This document shows, piece by piece, positions 1 through 7,888 of a stretch of DNA of 64,000 nt. The translations under genes and the position numbers were made by a program. The number at the start of each line of letters is the position of its first letter. Position 1 is the stretch's first letter. This DNA is from Candidatus Zambryskiibacteriota bacterium. Its GTDB lineage: Bacteria > Patescibacteriota > Minisyncoccia > Phycocordibacterales > Zambryskibacteraceae. The stretch covers positions 3,328-67,327 of the forward strand of contig JACOVQ010000004.1 of assembly GCA_016177225.1 (NCBI GenBank), read 5' to 3'. The notes under the pieces were generated by a model, which saw only the letters and a program-made list of their open reading frames with translations, ran no database searches and was not told the DNA's origin.

Positions 1-1191
1 ATACCGCCAACCCATGCCGCTCTTGTAATGGCTTCCTCGATGTGTTTGCCAGTTACTTCTCATACCGAGCTCTTCTTTTCCCAGTACGCTCTAAAGAACA
101 TTATCGGAGTTACGGGTACGAAGGGAAAAAGTACAACAACATCCCTCATACACCGCATTCTTCAGACGGCTGGGCGAAACGCGCTATTAGCTGGAAATAT
201 TGGGCAACCACCTCCATTGGCAGGAAAGAAAACCAATGGTAAAGATGTCGTAGTTTTTGAACTCTCAAGTCATCAGCTCGCACCACTCAGGAGTAGCCCA
301 CACATTGCAGTTTTACTGAACCTGTATCCAGACCATCTAGACTACTACACAAGCATTGCTGAGTATGCGGCAGCAAAAGAAAACATTACCAAGTATCAAA
401 CTGCGGAAGATTTTCTGGTATACAACTGTGACGACAAAATTGCAGTTGAGATTGCAAATCGGTCCAGAGCGAAACTGATTCCGTTCAGTCGAACTCAGCA
501 CCTTACGGTGGGATGCTATTTATCAGGAGATCATTTTGTCTTCCGAGAGAAGGCTGACGATGTATCAATGGTGCTACCCGCAATGCACGGAAAACTGCTA
601 GGGCAATTCAACTTTTGTAATATCTTGGCAGCCGTCTCGGTCGCGGCTATCTGCGGTGCTACTTCAGAGCAGATTGTCACCGGAATAAACAATTTCGAAC
701 CGCTTTCTCACAGGATAGAACCGATCGGAACCTACGGAGGTGTGGAATTCTATGATGACTCGATTGCGACGATACCCGAGGCAACTATTGCCGCCTTGGA
801 TGCGCTCGGAAATCGCGTATCAACATTGATTGCTGGAGGTTTCGATCGGGGCAGTGGAATAAGTTTCGAGCTACTTGTGGCCTATTTGGAGCAAAGCTCC
901 GTAAGAACCCTCATTTTGTTCCCCGATACAGGTGTCAAGATATGGGAGCGCCTGGTTGCCAGAGCGCACTCGCCTTTGAAGATACAGGCATTCCATGTAG
1001 ATAATATGGAGACTGCCGTGAAATTGGCATATCAGCATACAGAAAGAGGTGAAATTTGCCTCTTATCACCAGCGTCAGCAAGCTTTGGCCTATTCAAAAA
1101 TTTCAAGGATAGAGGCCTTCAATTCAAGAACAATGTCGTCGATATTGGTCGATCCGTGGAAGAGTTCTCGGTAGAGATTCCCCATGGATAG
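1..1191 (+). CDS. murD: UDP-N-acetylmuramoylalanine--D-glutamate ligase MurD (5' end cut by window edge)
   Basis: Mur-ligase P-loop GVTGTKGKSTT; C-terminus SPASASFGLFKNFKDRG typical of MurD; reading frame open back to nt 1. Confidence 0.8.
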   Translation: MPPTHAALVMASSMCLPVTSHTELFFSQYALKNIIGVTGTKGKSTTTSLIHRILQTAGRNALLAGNIGQPPPLAGKKTNGKDVVVFELSSHQLAPLRSSPHIAVLLNLYPDHLDYYTSIAEYAAAKENITKYQTAEDFLVYNCDDKIAVEIANRSRAKLIPFSRTQHLTVGCYLSGDHFVFREKADDVSMVLPAMHGKLLGQFNFCNILAAVSVAAICGATSEQIVTGINNFEPLSHRIEPIGTYGGVEFYDDSIATIPEATIAALDALGNRVSTLIAGGFDRGSGISFELLVAYLEQSSVRTLILFPDTGVKIWERLVARAHSPLKIQAFHVDNMETAVKLAYQHTERGEICLLSPASASFGLFKNFKDRGLQFKNNVVDIGRSVEEFSVEIPHG

Positions 1192-1543
1192 GGAGTCTAT
1201 TTATGACTTGGATGTAATTATTGACAAATATCTTAGGGAGTTATTGGGCCACGATTCCGTTTGTGTTTTCAGAATACTTTGCGGGTCACTCGCCAATGAA
1301 CTATGTTCTATCGCTGACTTAGATGTTCGTATTCGAACGGTCGTTTCTCATCAAACAATATGTGTTTCCTGCGAGAATAACGCGGAAATCGCGACTATGC
1401 TTGACTTTCTCTACATTGCTCGATTCGAGCAACAAATCCGACGCACAGCATCCGAACATCTTCCGCAGAACTGGTTCTTTGGATATGACGAACCTGGATG
1501 TCTATTAATACAGCGTATCGAACCACGGTCGAGAAATCTGTGA
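1184..1543 (+). CDS. nucleotidyltransferase-fold protein (MNT/Pol-beta-like, GS..x9..DLD motif)
   Basis: Motif CGSLANELCSIADLDV resembles the GS-X-DxD core of minimal nucleotidyltransferases; AT-richer than the element that follows; overlaps murD stop. Confidence 0.35.
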   Translation: MDRESIYDLDVIIDKYLRELLGHDSVCVFRILCGSLANELCSIADLDVRIRTVVSHQTICVSCENNAEIATMLDFLYIARFEQQIRRTASEHLPQNWFFGYDEPGCLLIQRIEPRSRNL

Positions 1544-1951
1544 GAACTTGACAAAATATAAAAGTTGGTTGAGCGCTTCTGGTATTTGCAAAGGCAACCA
1601 GGTATTTGTCCTAACTTGCTGGTTTCTCTTTACGAACCTGCGCAGGTCCGCTCGCCATTGACAAAACTTCCAGCAGGGCAATCCGGCCGTATGGTCCTTG
1701 TGCGGATGAGAAATGACAACCAATTCAATCGATCGGTCTTGCGCAAGCCTCAGAACCGTCGGTAGTCCCTTCGCAAAGTCGGCCGCCTTCGGCCCCGCGT
1801 CGATGAGGATCGTGAATGGCTCGCCCTGCTGGGAAATCTGGACAACAGCGGCGTCACCTTGGCCGACATCTAAGAAGGTGACCTTCATTTCGGCTGTGGC
1901 GCTGACCGGTGCCACGAGCGCGATAATCATTAGAGGCAAGTGAAGGCGCAT
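1505..1951 (-). CDS. secreted MBL-fold metallo-hydrolase, probably C-terminally degenerate (start taken at internal Met after which a signal peptide follows)
   Basis: Signal peptide MRLHLPLMIIALVAPVSATA; FLDVGQGDA and HPHKDH (HxHxDH) motifs; C-terminal third lacks MBL features. Confidence 0.4.
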   Translation of the reverse strand: MRLHLPLMIIALVAPVSATAEMKVTFLDVGQGDAAVVQISQQGEPFTILIDAGPKAADFAKGLPTVLRLAQDRSIELVVISHPHKDHTAGLPCWKFCQWRADLRRFVKRNQQVRTNTWLPLQIPEALNQLLYFVKFSQISRPWFDTLY

Positions 1952-2190
1952 CGGCGATCTCTGGTGGCATGGTGCACCGACGCATATATGAAAAGCAAGC
2001 ATGACACATGCGAGTAACGTCGGGCGCGTGGACACAACGTTTGTCTTGGATGCAACAATCGATTCTAAAACATCTCCTATCAAATCTTGCGGTGACATAG
2101 TGGACTTAGTAGACGTTCCACAGATGGCTGCGTGCAATTTGGTTACGGATTCATTTGAGAATTAGCTGAGATGAGACCGCTTTGCTACTT

Positions 2191-3534
2191 CTAAACAATG
2201 TCCACTAAGTCCACTAAGTCACTTTCTCCTTCGGGTGCGGTTATGCGGTATCGCTCGAACAAAGCTTTGAGCCGAAGCTCCTCAGAGTGTGGGATGACGA
2301 AGAGCCCCTGAACACGGTGGGTTTTCAGTTTCAACTTTTTTCGCACAATCGCCCCGATCCATTTCTCCGTGATCCTGCGCTCATACTCATGCCCGAACTT
2401 TTCAGTGAACCGAGCCGTGATATCGCCGATGGCGAGCCGCGCTTGTGCATTCGCTGTCAGCAACTCCTGGATGACACCAAGCACCTGCGCCTCGATATCC
2501 GTTTCTCGGTCAGTAGCAATTTCCTTGGCATAAAGATTCGCCAAGTGACGAAGCGATGCCTTCGTGTCTTCATCTGCAATCATGCTCAAGAGCGGACTGA
2601 AGATTTGATTCAGCCGTGGTTCAACACCCCGATCAATCTGATTCCGAAGCTCACGTGGCTTATGCAGATTGCGAAATCTGAACATGAGGAGTTTGTTTCG
2701 TAGCACCAAAGCTTCCTCTTCATACACCGACGGCAGATTAATCGGAATATCCGATCGCAGTTTTCCGTTACCCGTATCTTCGGTAATAAAGCGGCTTTCT
2801 AGAGCACGATCTTGGAAAAATCCGCGAGTGGCAATAATTTTGGGGCCAAACACGCTGTAAGCAACGGGATTGAACTCCTTCGTGGTATGGGATTGCTCGC
2901 TGCGTAGCACCGGAAAGCCCCGCGAATTTCCGTTGTTGAGGATCTTGACCAGTTCGGCTTTCTCGTCGCTCATCCGGAAATCTCCCTCGTCTATAAGGAG
3001 CGTGCCGTGGAAGCTGTCCAGGATTCGGAATATCGGAGAAATACTTGACGCGCCACTGGCAAATATTGGCCGGAACATGATCGCCCCAGCGATTAACAGG
3101 AACCTTGTTTTACCACTGCCGAAGTCGCCACGAACACGTAAGTACGGCAGTTCATTGAATGCTTCATAGACCCAGGACAAGAGGATGTAATACACGGTGA
3201 TACTTTCGAACAGAGGACTGACATCGACATAGCGGTGAATAAAGGCGCGAATATCTTTAATGAGCCGTTCTTCCGATTCATACTCGACAGTCTCCGAAGG
3301 AAACAGGACGATTCGATTTCGGATCAGATTGTTGTTCGGTGAGTACGGCACAAGCGTCTGATACTTACTGACAGGGAACACCTGTTCATACCGAATGTTG
3401 CCGCCCGTGTATACAGCAAACAAGGTCTCCGCCGTTTCCGGTCGATAGACCATTTCCACGATCGTGCCGGTAACCGGTTCACCACCCACAAACGGTATCT
3501 TGCGCGGGCCTTCCTTCTTTTCAACTCCTTCCAT
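2191..3534 (-). CDS. P-loop NTPase, putative replication/primase-helicase-type protein of the element
   Basis: Walker A GDFGSGKT, Walker B LLIDEGD about 45 aa later; 447 aa; sits in the replication position of the island. Confidence 0.45.
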   Translation of the reverse strand: MEGVEKKEGPRKIPFVGGEPVTGTIVEMVYRPETAETLFAVYTGGNIRYEQVFPVSKYQTLVPYSPNNNLIRNRIVLFPSETVEYESEERLIKDIRAFIHRYVDVSPLFESITVYYILLSWVYEAFNELPYLRVRGDFGSGKTRFLLIAGAIMFRPIFASGASSISPIFRILDSFHGTLLIDEGDFRMSDEKAELVKILNNGNSRGFPVLRSEQSHTTKEFNPVAYSVFGPKIIATRGFFQDRALESRFITEDTGNGKLRSDIPINLPSVYEEEALVLRNKLLMFRFRNLHKPRELRNQIDRGVEPRLNQIFSPLLSMIADEDTKASLRHLANLYAKEIATDRETDIEAQVLGVIQELLTANAQARLAIGDITARFTEKFGHEYERRITEKWIGAIVRKKLKLKTHRVQGLFVIPHSEELRLKALFERYRITAPEGESDLVDLVDIV

Positions 3535-4276
3535 AAGATTGCATTAGGACGTCGATGGCTTTCTGTCTGAGAGTTTCAAGGGCAGAGATGTAGACACGGA
3601 CATTGATGAGCGGCTTACCCAGTAGAAGATATTCGTCATGCCAGTTTTGCCGATCCAGAGAATCAATGAAGGTGAAGACGACTTCGTGTCCATTCGCTTC
3701 AATCCCGACGATTGTTGCCCCGCGAGCGAACAGATAAGCGGCAAGGAAGAGGTCGCGAGTTTTCCAGTATCGGTCTCGATTAGTCATTGTGATAAAGCCA
3801 CGTAACGGCGAGCGACACCGCGTCAAACATTGGTACCCAGAGTGATCTTGCCGTTCCCAGGGACGCCTCGGTTTCGGCAAACAACTCTTCAACTCAGGGA
3901 ACCACCTGACCAAAGCATGCATGATCATCTCCTTGTTCACCCGCTCCAGCTTGCAGAGCGATCGGAAGCACTCCGAGATGTCCTCTCGGCTGAAGGCTGT
4001 AATTTCAATGGAGTGCTCAATGGATTCCTCGCGCACTGTACGGACGAATTGGCTCCGGAAAGCTTCGGGGATCCCGGCAGGTGGCGGAAGAACAACAATG
4101 CTCGGTTCATAGCGGCGCACAAGCGAGCGAAACAGAGGCGCTGTCACCTTGTCATTACGATCAGAAAGCGGAATCCTAGACAACTCCTTGGAGCCCCAAT
4201 CAACCAGACGATTTTCCTCGAAGACGGCGTAGCCGACATGACGATTCTCCGGCTGCATGGCAAGGATTGTTTTCAT
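3521..4276 (-). CDS. RNase-H-fold (RuvC/YqgF-like) protein with unknown C-terminal domain
   Basis: N-terminus KTILAMQPENRHVGYAVFEE resembles the resolvase start ILGLDxGxxxxGxAV; assignment tentative. Confidence 0.3.
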   Translation of the reverse strand: MKTILAMQPENRHVGYAVFEENRLVDWGSKELSRIPLSDRNDKVTAPLFRSLVRRYEPSIVVLPPPAGIPEAFRSQFVRTVREESIEHSIEITAFSREDISECFRSLCKLERVNKEMIMHALVRWFPELKSCLPKPRRPWERQDHSGYQCLTRCRSPLRGFITMTNRDRYWKTRDLFLAAYLFARGATIVGIEANGHEVVFTFIDSLDRQNWHDEYLLLGKPLINVRVYISALETLRQKAIDVLMQSYGRS

Positions 4277-4710
4277 ATGCCGTGAGCTTCATGCTCGGTT
4301 GATAACCGACGCAGAAGCGATTCGAGATTGGCTCTGATAATGTTTGCACGAATTCGCTTTCTTTCGGACACGCGCATCCGCTTCTCTGGCTCGATTACCA
4401 GTCTCCGAACGTTCGCTTCCGTGACAACTTCGACCTCCAGTGCCACATGCGGCCAGAGTTCCTCGAATGAACGATTAAATAGGAGCTGAAAGACTATGCA
4501 CTCACGGACTGTCGGCAGGGCGAGCCCGTTCTCCATGGCCGAAATCCGGGACATGGATCTGAGGCCGAGAATATCCGCCAAGTGACGCTGATCTAAACCG
4601 AGTCCCTTTCTAGATGTACGAAGATAATTTTTGAACGGATGTGCGGACATGGAGTACTTCCACGATATCGGCGCAGGAGTATGTCGAAGTAGAGGGGAAT
4701 ATTTCTGCAA
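4273..4710 (-). CDS. XRE-family HTH transcriptional regulator (repressor-like); true start may be the internal Met near 4650
   Basis: HTH segment LGLDQRHLADILGLRSMSRISAMENG; divergent to a second HTH gene. Confidence 0.55.
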   Translation of the reverse strand: MQKYSPLLRHTPAPISWKYSMSAHPFKNYLRTSRKGLGLDQRHLADILGLRSMSRISAMENGLALPTVRECIVFQLLFNRSFEELWPHVALEVEVVTEANVRRLVIEPEKRMRVSERKRIRANIIRANLESLLRRLSTEHEAHGI

Positions 4711-4719
4711 TACAGAAAT
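4701..4719. promoter_or_regulatory. perfect inverted repeat ATTTCTG-N5-CAGAAAT, candidate operator in the repressor/cro intergenic region
   Basis: Read directly; lies between the divergent HTH genes. Confidence 0.4.
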
Positions 4720-4740
4720 GTTGGATAGCCCCGAGGCGGG

Positions 4741-4768
4741 TTGACATTAGAGCGCATTTGATTAATAT
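4741..4768 (+). promoter_or_regulatory. sigma70-like promoter (TTGACA-16nt-TAATAT) reading toward the Cro-like gene
   Basis: -35 at 4741-4746, -10 at 4763-4768. Confidence 0.4.
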
Positions 4769-4879
4769 GACTCGGGCGAACGGCCCAATGGCCGGTTCGA
4801 TTAGTCAGTAAAACCGCTGGTTTTGAGCCGTTTACTGATGTATCTCTGCCAAGCGCGACACTTTTTAAGACTATAGGCA

Positions 4880-4897
4880 GTTGTCGCGCGCGACAAC
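4880..4897. promoter_or_regulatory. perfect 18-bp palindrome GTTGTCGCGCGCGACAAC just upstream of the Cro-like start
   Basis: Read directly. Confidence 0.4.
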
Positions 4898-4910
4898 CCA
4901 AGCTATCCCC

Positions 4911-5195
4911 ATGCCGTCCACACATTCCACAAAATCAGTCGAACCATTTGTTTTTGTTTCGAATCTCCTGCCACTCCTGCGGGAGAGGGGAAAGACGCAG
5001 AAGGATCTTGCGCTGAAAACCGGTCTGACAAAGGCGCGCATTAGTCGGCTCGCTAACCAACGAATTGTTCAAGCGATCGTTACGCGTACGGCAATCAAAA
5101 TTTGCGCTGCTCTTTCGGATTGGCCCCGGATAAATGACCAGAAGAGAGTGGGCGTGAGGCTTGACGCTCTGTTTCCAGCACATCCAGTGAACTAG
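4911..5195 (+). CDS. Cro/CI-type HTH DNA-binding protein
   Basis: HTH segment KTQKDLALKTGLTKARISRLANQ; ATG at 4911 preferred over the TTG-initiated ORF at 4881. Confidence 0.5.
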   Translation: MPSTHSTKSVEPFVFVSNLLPLLRERGKTQKDLALKTGLTKARISRLANQRIVQAIVTRTAIKICAALSDWPRINDQKRVGVRLDALFPAHPVN

Positions 5196-5283
5196 CTTCT
5201 GGCAACGCTACGAACTGCTGCTTCGCTGCCAGCGAAAATCTCCCCTCTATCCCTGTACTCGCAAGAGACGTAGCATCGCCGGC

Positions 5284-5508
5284 ATGAATGGCGACGATGA
5301 TCATTACGTGGAATTTCGAAAACTCTATCCGAACCTCACAGAGGAAGAAGCTATCGAGGCAGCAGACAACCTGGATGCTTACCTCGAAACCATCATCGCC
5401 ATATACGAGGATTTGCGCAACGATTCTGGGCGCTACCAACAGTTCCTGGCTTTGACCGATAGCATTTCCGGCGGCTATACTGATCCTGTTAATTCCTCGC
5501 CGACATAA
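5284..5508 (+). CDS. small acidic hypothetical protein (possible recombination directionality factor, by position only)
   Basis: 74-aa ORF immediately upstream of the recombinase. Confidence 0.25.
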   Translation: MNGDDDHYVEFRKLYPNLTEEEAIEAADNLDAYLETIIAIYEDLRNDSGRYQQFLALTDSISGGYTDPVNSSPT

Positions 5509-5525
5509 CTTCCAACTACATTTCG

Positions 5526-6965
5526 ATGAAACAATGCTTCGCATACATACGTGTGTCCACTGCTAAGCAAGGTGAAAAAGGCGTATCGCTCCAGGAGCAA
5601 CGTGATGCCATCAGCCACTTCGCGGATCGTAACGGTCTGAAAGTGATCGAGTGGTATGAAGAACGGGAGACCGCCGCTAAACGCGGCCGCCCGAAATTCA
5701 CCGAGATGCTGAAGCGCCTTAAGAAAGGGGACGCTAATGGGGTGGTCATCCACAAAATTGACCGCAGCGCGCGTAATCTCCGCGACTGGGCGGATCTTGG
5801 GGAAATGATCGACTCAGGCATCGATGTTTACTTCGCCAATGAAAGTCTAGACCTGCATTCACGTGGCGGTCGGCTATCGGCCGACATCCAGGCCGTCATC
5901 GCTGCTGATTACATTCGGAACTTAAAGGAGGAGGTTCGCAAAGGCTTTTACGGTCGAATCAAACAGGGTTTGTATCCGCTGCCGGCGCCCATTGGCTACC
6001 TCGATCGTGGAAAAGGGCAACCGAAAGTGCCAGATCCTACAAAAGCACCACTGATCCGGCAGACGTTTGAACTTTACTCGAGCCGCCGTTACAGTTTGGT
6101 CGAATTGGTTGATGCGGCATTTGCTCTCGGTTTGCGAAACAAGCACGGTCGCAAAATTACCCGCTCCGCATTGTCTGACATCCTCAACAATCCTTTCTAC
6201 ATTGGATTGATCAGACTTCGCCGCACTGGCGAAACTTTCACAGGTATTCATGAACCAATCGTAAAGCCGCGGCTTTTCAAGCGCGTCCAAGAGATTCTTC
6301 GAGGAAAGACTGTAGTCAAATTGACACGACCAGAGTTTCAGTTCCGGCGGCTGCTTAAATGCGGACACTGCAAATATTCGCTTGTCGGCGAACGGCACAA
6401 AGGGCATACCTACTATCGCTGCTACGTCAGTACTTGCCCTGGTAAATGTGTCCGCGAAGAAAAAGTTGTCGAAGCAATCGACCGTAGCTTTACCCCCCTT
6501 ACATTGGACGACGCCGAAAAGACGTACTGGCGCCAACGTCTGCAAGCCATGAGGCTGGATGCGACGAAACACGTGGTAGACCAACAACAATCGGTAAAGC
6601 TCAGTTTGGCCGCCATCTCTGATCGGTTAAACCGGCTCACAGATGCGTACCTTGATTCTGGCATCGATCGGTCTACCTTCGAGAGCCGGAAAGGAATCTT
6701 GCTTCTGGAAAAGAAGCAATTGGAAGAACGAGAGCACGAATTGCAAGGAAATGCCGAGCAGACCGTCGAAACCCTTACGAGAATCTTCGAACTGGCAAAT
6801 ACGGCTCAGTTGAGCTACCAACTGGCGAATCCCGTCAGAAAGCGTGAGTTGGTCGAGGAGATAACTTCGAACCGCTTTGTAACAGCAAAAAACGTTGTGG
6901 TTGAGCTACGAAATCCGTTCAACCTGATCGCAAATAGACACATCGAGCACTGTAGTGGACCCTAG
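5526..6965 (+). CDS. large serine recombinase (resolvase domain + recombinase domain + zinc ribbon)
   Basis: Catalytic YIRVSTAKQ; recombinase region; CxxC...CYVSTCPGKC zinc ribbon; coiled-coil C-terminus; stop codon overlaps the tRNA-Ala 3' end. Confidence 0.85.
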   Translation: MKQCFAYIRVSTAKQGEKGVSLQEQRDAISHFADRNGLKVIEWYEERETAAKRGRPKFTEMLKRLKKGDANGVVIHKIDRSARNLRDWADLGEMIDSGIDVYFANESLDLHSRGGRLSADIQAVIAADYIRNLKEEVRKGFYGRIKQGLYPLPAPIGYLDRGKGQPKVPDPTKAPLIRQTFELYSSRRYSLVELVDAAFALGLRNKHGRKITRSALSDILNNPFYIGLIRLRRTGETFTGIHEPIVKPRLFKRVQEILRGKTVVKLTRPEFQFRRLLKCGHCKYSLVGERHKGHTYYRCYVSTCPGKCVREEKVVEAIDRSFTPLTLDDAEKTYWRQRLQAMRLDATKHVVDQQQSVKLSLAAISDRLNRLTDAYLDSGIDRSTFESRKGILLLEKKQLEEREHELQGNAEQTVETLTRIFELANTAQLSYQLANPVRKRELVEEITSNRFVTAKNVVVELRNPFNLIANRHIEHCSGP

Positions 6966-7028
6966 CGGATTCGAACCGCTGACCTCCTCATTGCAAATGA
7001 GACGCTCTACCAACTAAGCTAAGGGCCC
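6956..7028 (-). tRNA. tRNA-Ala (anticodon TGC), canonical D and T loops, CCA not encoded
   Basis: Reverse complement GGGCCCTTAGCTTAGTTGGTAGAGCGTCTCATTTGCAATGAGGAGGTCAGCGGTTCGAATCCGCTAGGGTCCA; G3:U70 present. Confidence 0.8.
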
Positions 7029-7074
7029 GAGGGCTTGATTCTATCTAAAAAGTTAAGCAAAATAAAGCACTTAC

Positions 7075-7148
7075 GGGCTCATGGTATAGCAGTAACACGC
7101 GTCCATGGCATGGACGAGTCCGGGGTGCGACTCCCCGTGAGTCCACCA
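7075..7148 (+). tRNA. tRNA-Ala-like (anticodon GGC), atypical D loop (no GG) and T loop TGCGACT; CCA encoded
   Basis: GGGCTCA..CGTCC-ATGGCAT-GGACG..CGGGG-TGCGACT-CCCCG-TGAGTCC-A-CCA; G3:U70 present. Confidence 0.5.
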
Positions 7149-7157
7149 AATTTTTAC

Positions 7158-7230
7158 GGGCTGTTAGTTCAGTTAGTAGAACACTCGATTCGCATTCGAG
7201 AGGTCGTCGGTGCAATTCCGATACAGTCCA
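7158..7230 (+). tRNA. tRNA-Ala (anticodon CGC), D loop AGTTAGTA and T loop TGCAATT (non-canonical at positions 18/55)
   Basis: GGGCTGT TA GTTC AGTTAGTA GAAC A CTCGA TTCGCAT TCGAG AGGTC GTCGG TGCAATT CCGAT ACAGTCC A; G3:U70 present. Confidence 0.7.
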
Positions 7231-7231
7231 C

Positions 7232-7259
7232 TTGACTTTTTTAATAATGATATTATAAT
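7232..7259 (+). promoter_or_regulatory. sigma70-like promoter TTGACT-16nt-TATAAT upstream of the response-regulator gene
   Basis: Read directly; RBS GGAGGG 10 nt before the ATG at 7290. Confidence 0.45.
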
Positions 7260-7289
7260 AAAAACAGACTAAAGAATTTTGGAGGGTTT

Positions 7290-7643
7290 ATGAAAAGCAT
7301 TCTCGTAGTTGACGATGACGAGTCGGTAGCCTCTCTCATCGTTGATTTTATTCGAAGCAGAGGCGGTTATTTCCCAGTTTTAGCCAGAAGCGGAAAGGAG
7401 GCATGGGAGCTTATGAATGGCAAGATGCTTTTTGATATAGTCTTGTCAGATAAGGATATGCCAAATTGGGGCGGATTGGACCTACTCTGCAGAATACGGG
7501 CGGATAGGAGGTTTGATAGCGTTAGGTTTATTCTGATGAGCGGCAATCCTCCGGGTAATCTGGAGGAGTTGCAGAAACAATTTCATTTTCCTTTCCTCCA
7601 CAAGCCGTTTACGCCCCCGGAGCTTTTCGAAGCTCTGGGTTGA
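7290..7643 (+). CDS. stand-alone response-regulator receiver domain (CheY-like)
   Basis: VDDDESVASLI...DIVLSDKDMP...LMSG receiver-domain layout; 117 aa, no output domain. Confidence 0.75.
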   Translation: MKSILVVDDDESVASLIVDFIRSRGGYFPVLARSGKEAWELMNGKMLFDIVLSDKDMPNWGGLDLLCRIRADRRFDSVRFILMSGNPPGNLEELQKQFHFPFLHKPFTPPELFEALG

Positions 7644-7651
7644 TATAAAAT

Positions 7652-7687
7652 CCCCGCGCCAGCCTAGGCTGGCGCGGGGGTTTCTCT
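7652..7687 (+). terminator. rho-independent terminator (13-bp GC stem CCCCGCGCCAGCC/GGCTGGCGCGGGG followed by GTTTCTCT)
   Basis: Read directly. Confidence 0.7.
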
Positions 7688-7732
7688 ATGATATACTGGC
7701 AAAAGTGCGTTTAGCCGTTATATAATCAATTT

Positions 7733-7888
7733 ATGGACGAAAAAGTCATCGGATACTGCGTGAAGTGCAAAGAAAAAAGGGAAATGAAGGATGTGCAAAA
7801 GGTGGAAATCAAGCCTGGCCGTCCCGCTGCCAAAGGTACTTGCACCGTTTGCGGTACCGGCATGTACAAGATTCTACCTAAGCAGTAA
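7733..7888 (+). CDS. small zinc-ribbon protein (51 aa, two CxxC pairs), not in the ORF track
   Basis: MDEKVIGYCVKCKEKREMKDVQKVEIKPGRPAAKGTCTVCGTGMYKILPKQ; more plausible than the 64-aa antisense ORF 7726-7920. Confidence 0.4.
   Translation: MDEKVIGYCVKCKEKREMKDVQKVEIKPGRPAAKGTCTVCGTGMYKILPKQ

Larger units (their letters stand above)
1550..7028. mobile_element. integrated element (prophage-remnant/satellite-like) inserted at the 3' end of tRNA-Ala(TGC); left boundary approximate
   Basis: GC-richer block; large serine recombinase gene ends inside the tRNA 3' end; divergent XRE/Cro-like pair; replication-type NTPase; RNase-H-fold protein. Confidence 0.55.

Noticed and set aside
1511-1532. AGCGTATCGAACCACGGTCG as attL (partial copy of the tRNA-Ala 3' end)
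   Set aside because: Only ~12/19 identity with the tRNA 3' region. Kept as a weak hint in the finding but not annotated as a feature.
5475-6965. Multiple antisense or alternative-frame ORFs inside the serine recombinase gene (e.g. 5516-5821, 5922-6590)
   Set aside because: Embedded in a long ORF with clear recombinase motifs; typical GC-rich shadow ORFs.
7035-7235. 66-aa ORF in the track
   Set aside because: Lies entirely across two tRNA genes; spurious.
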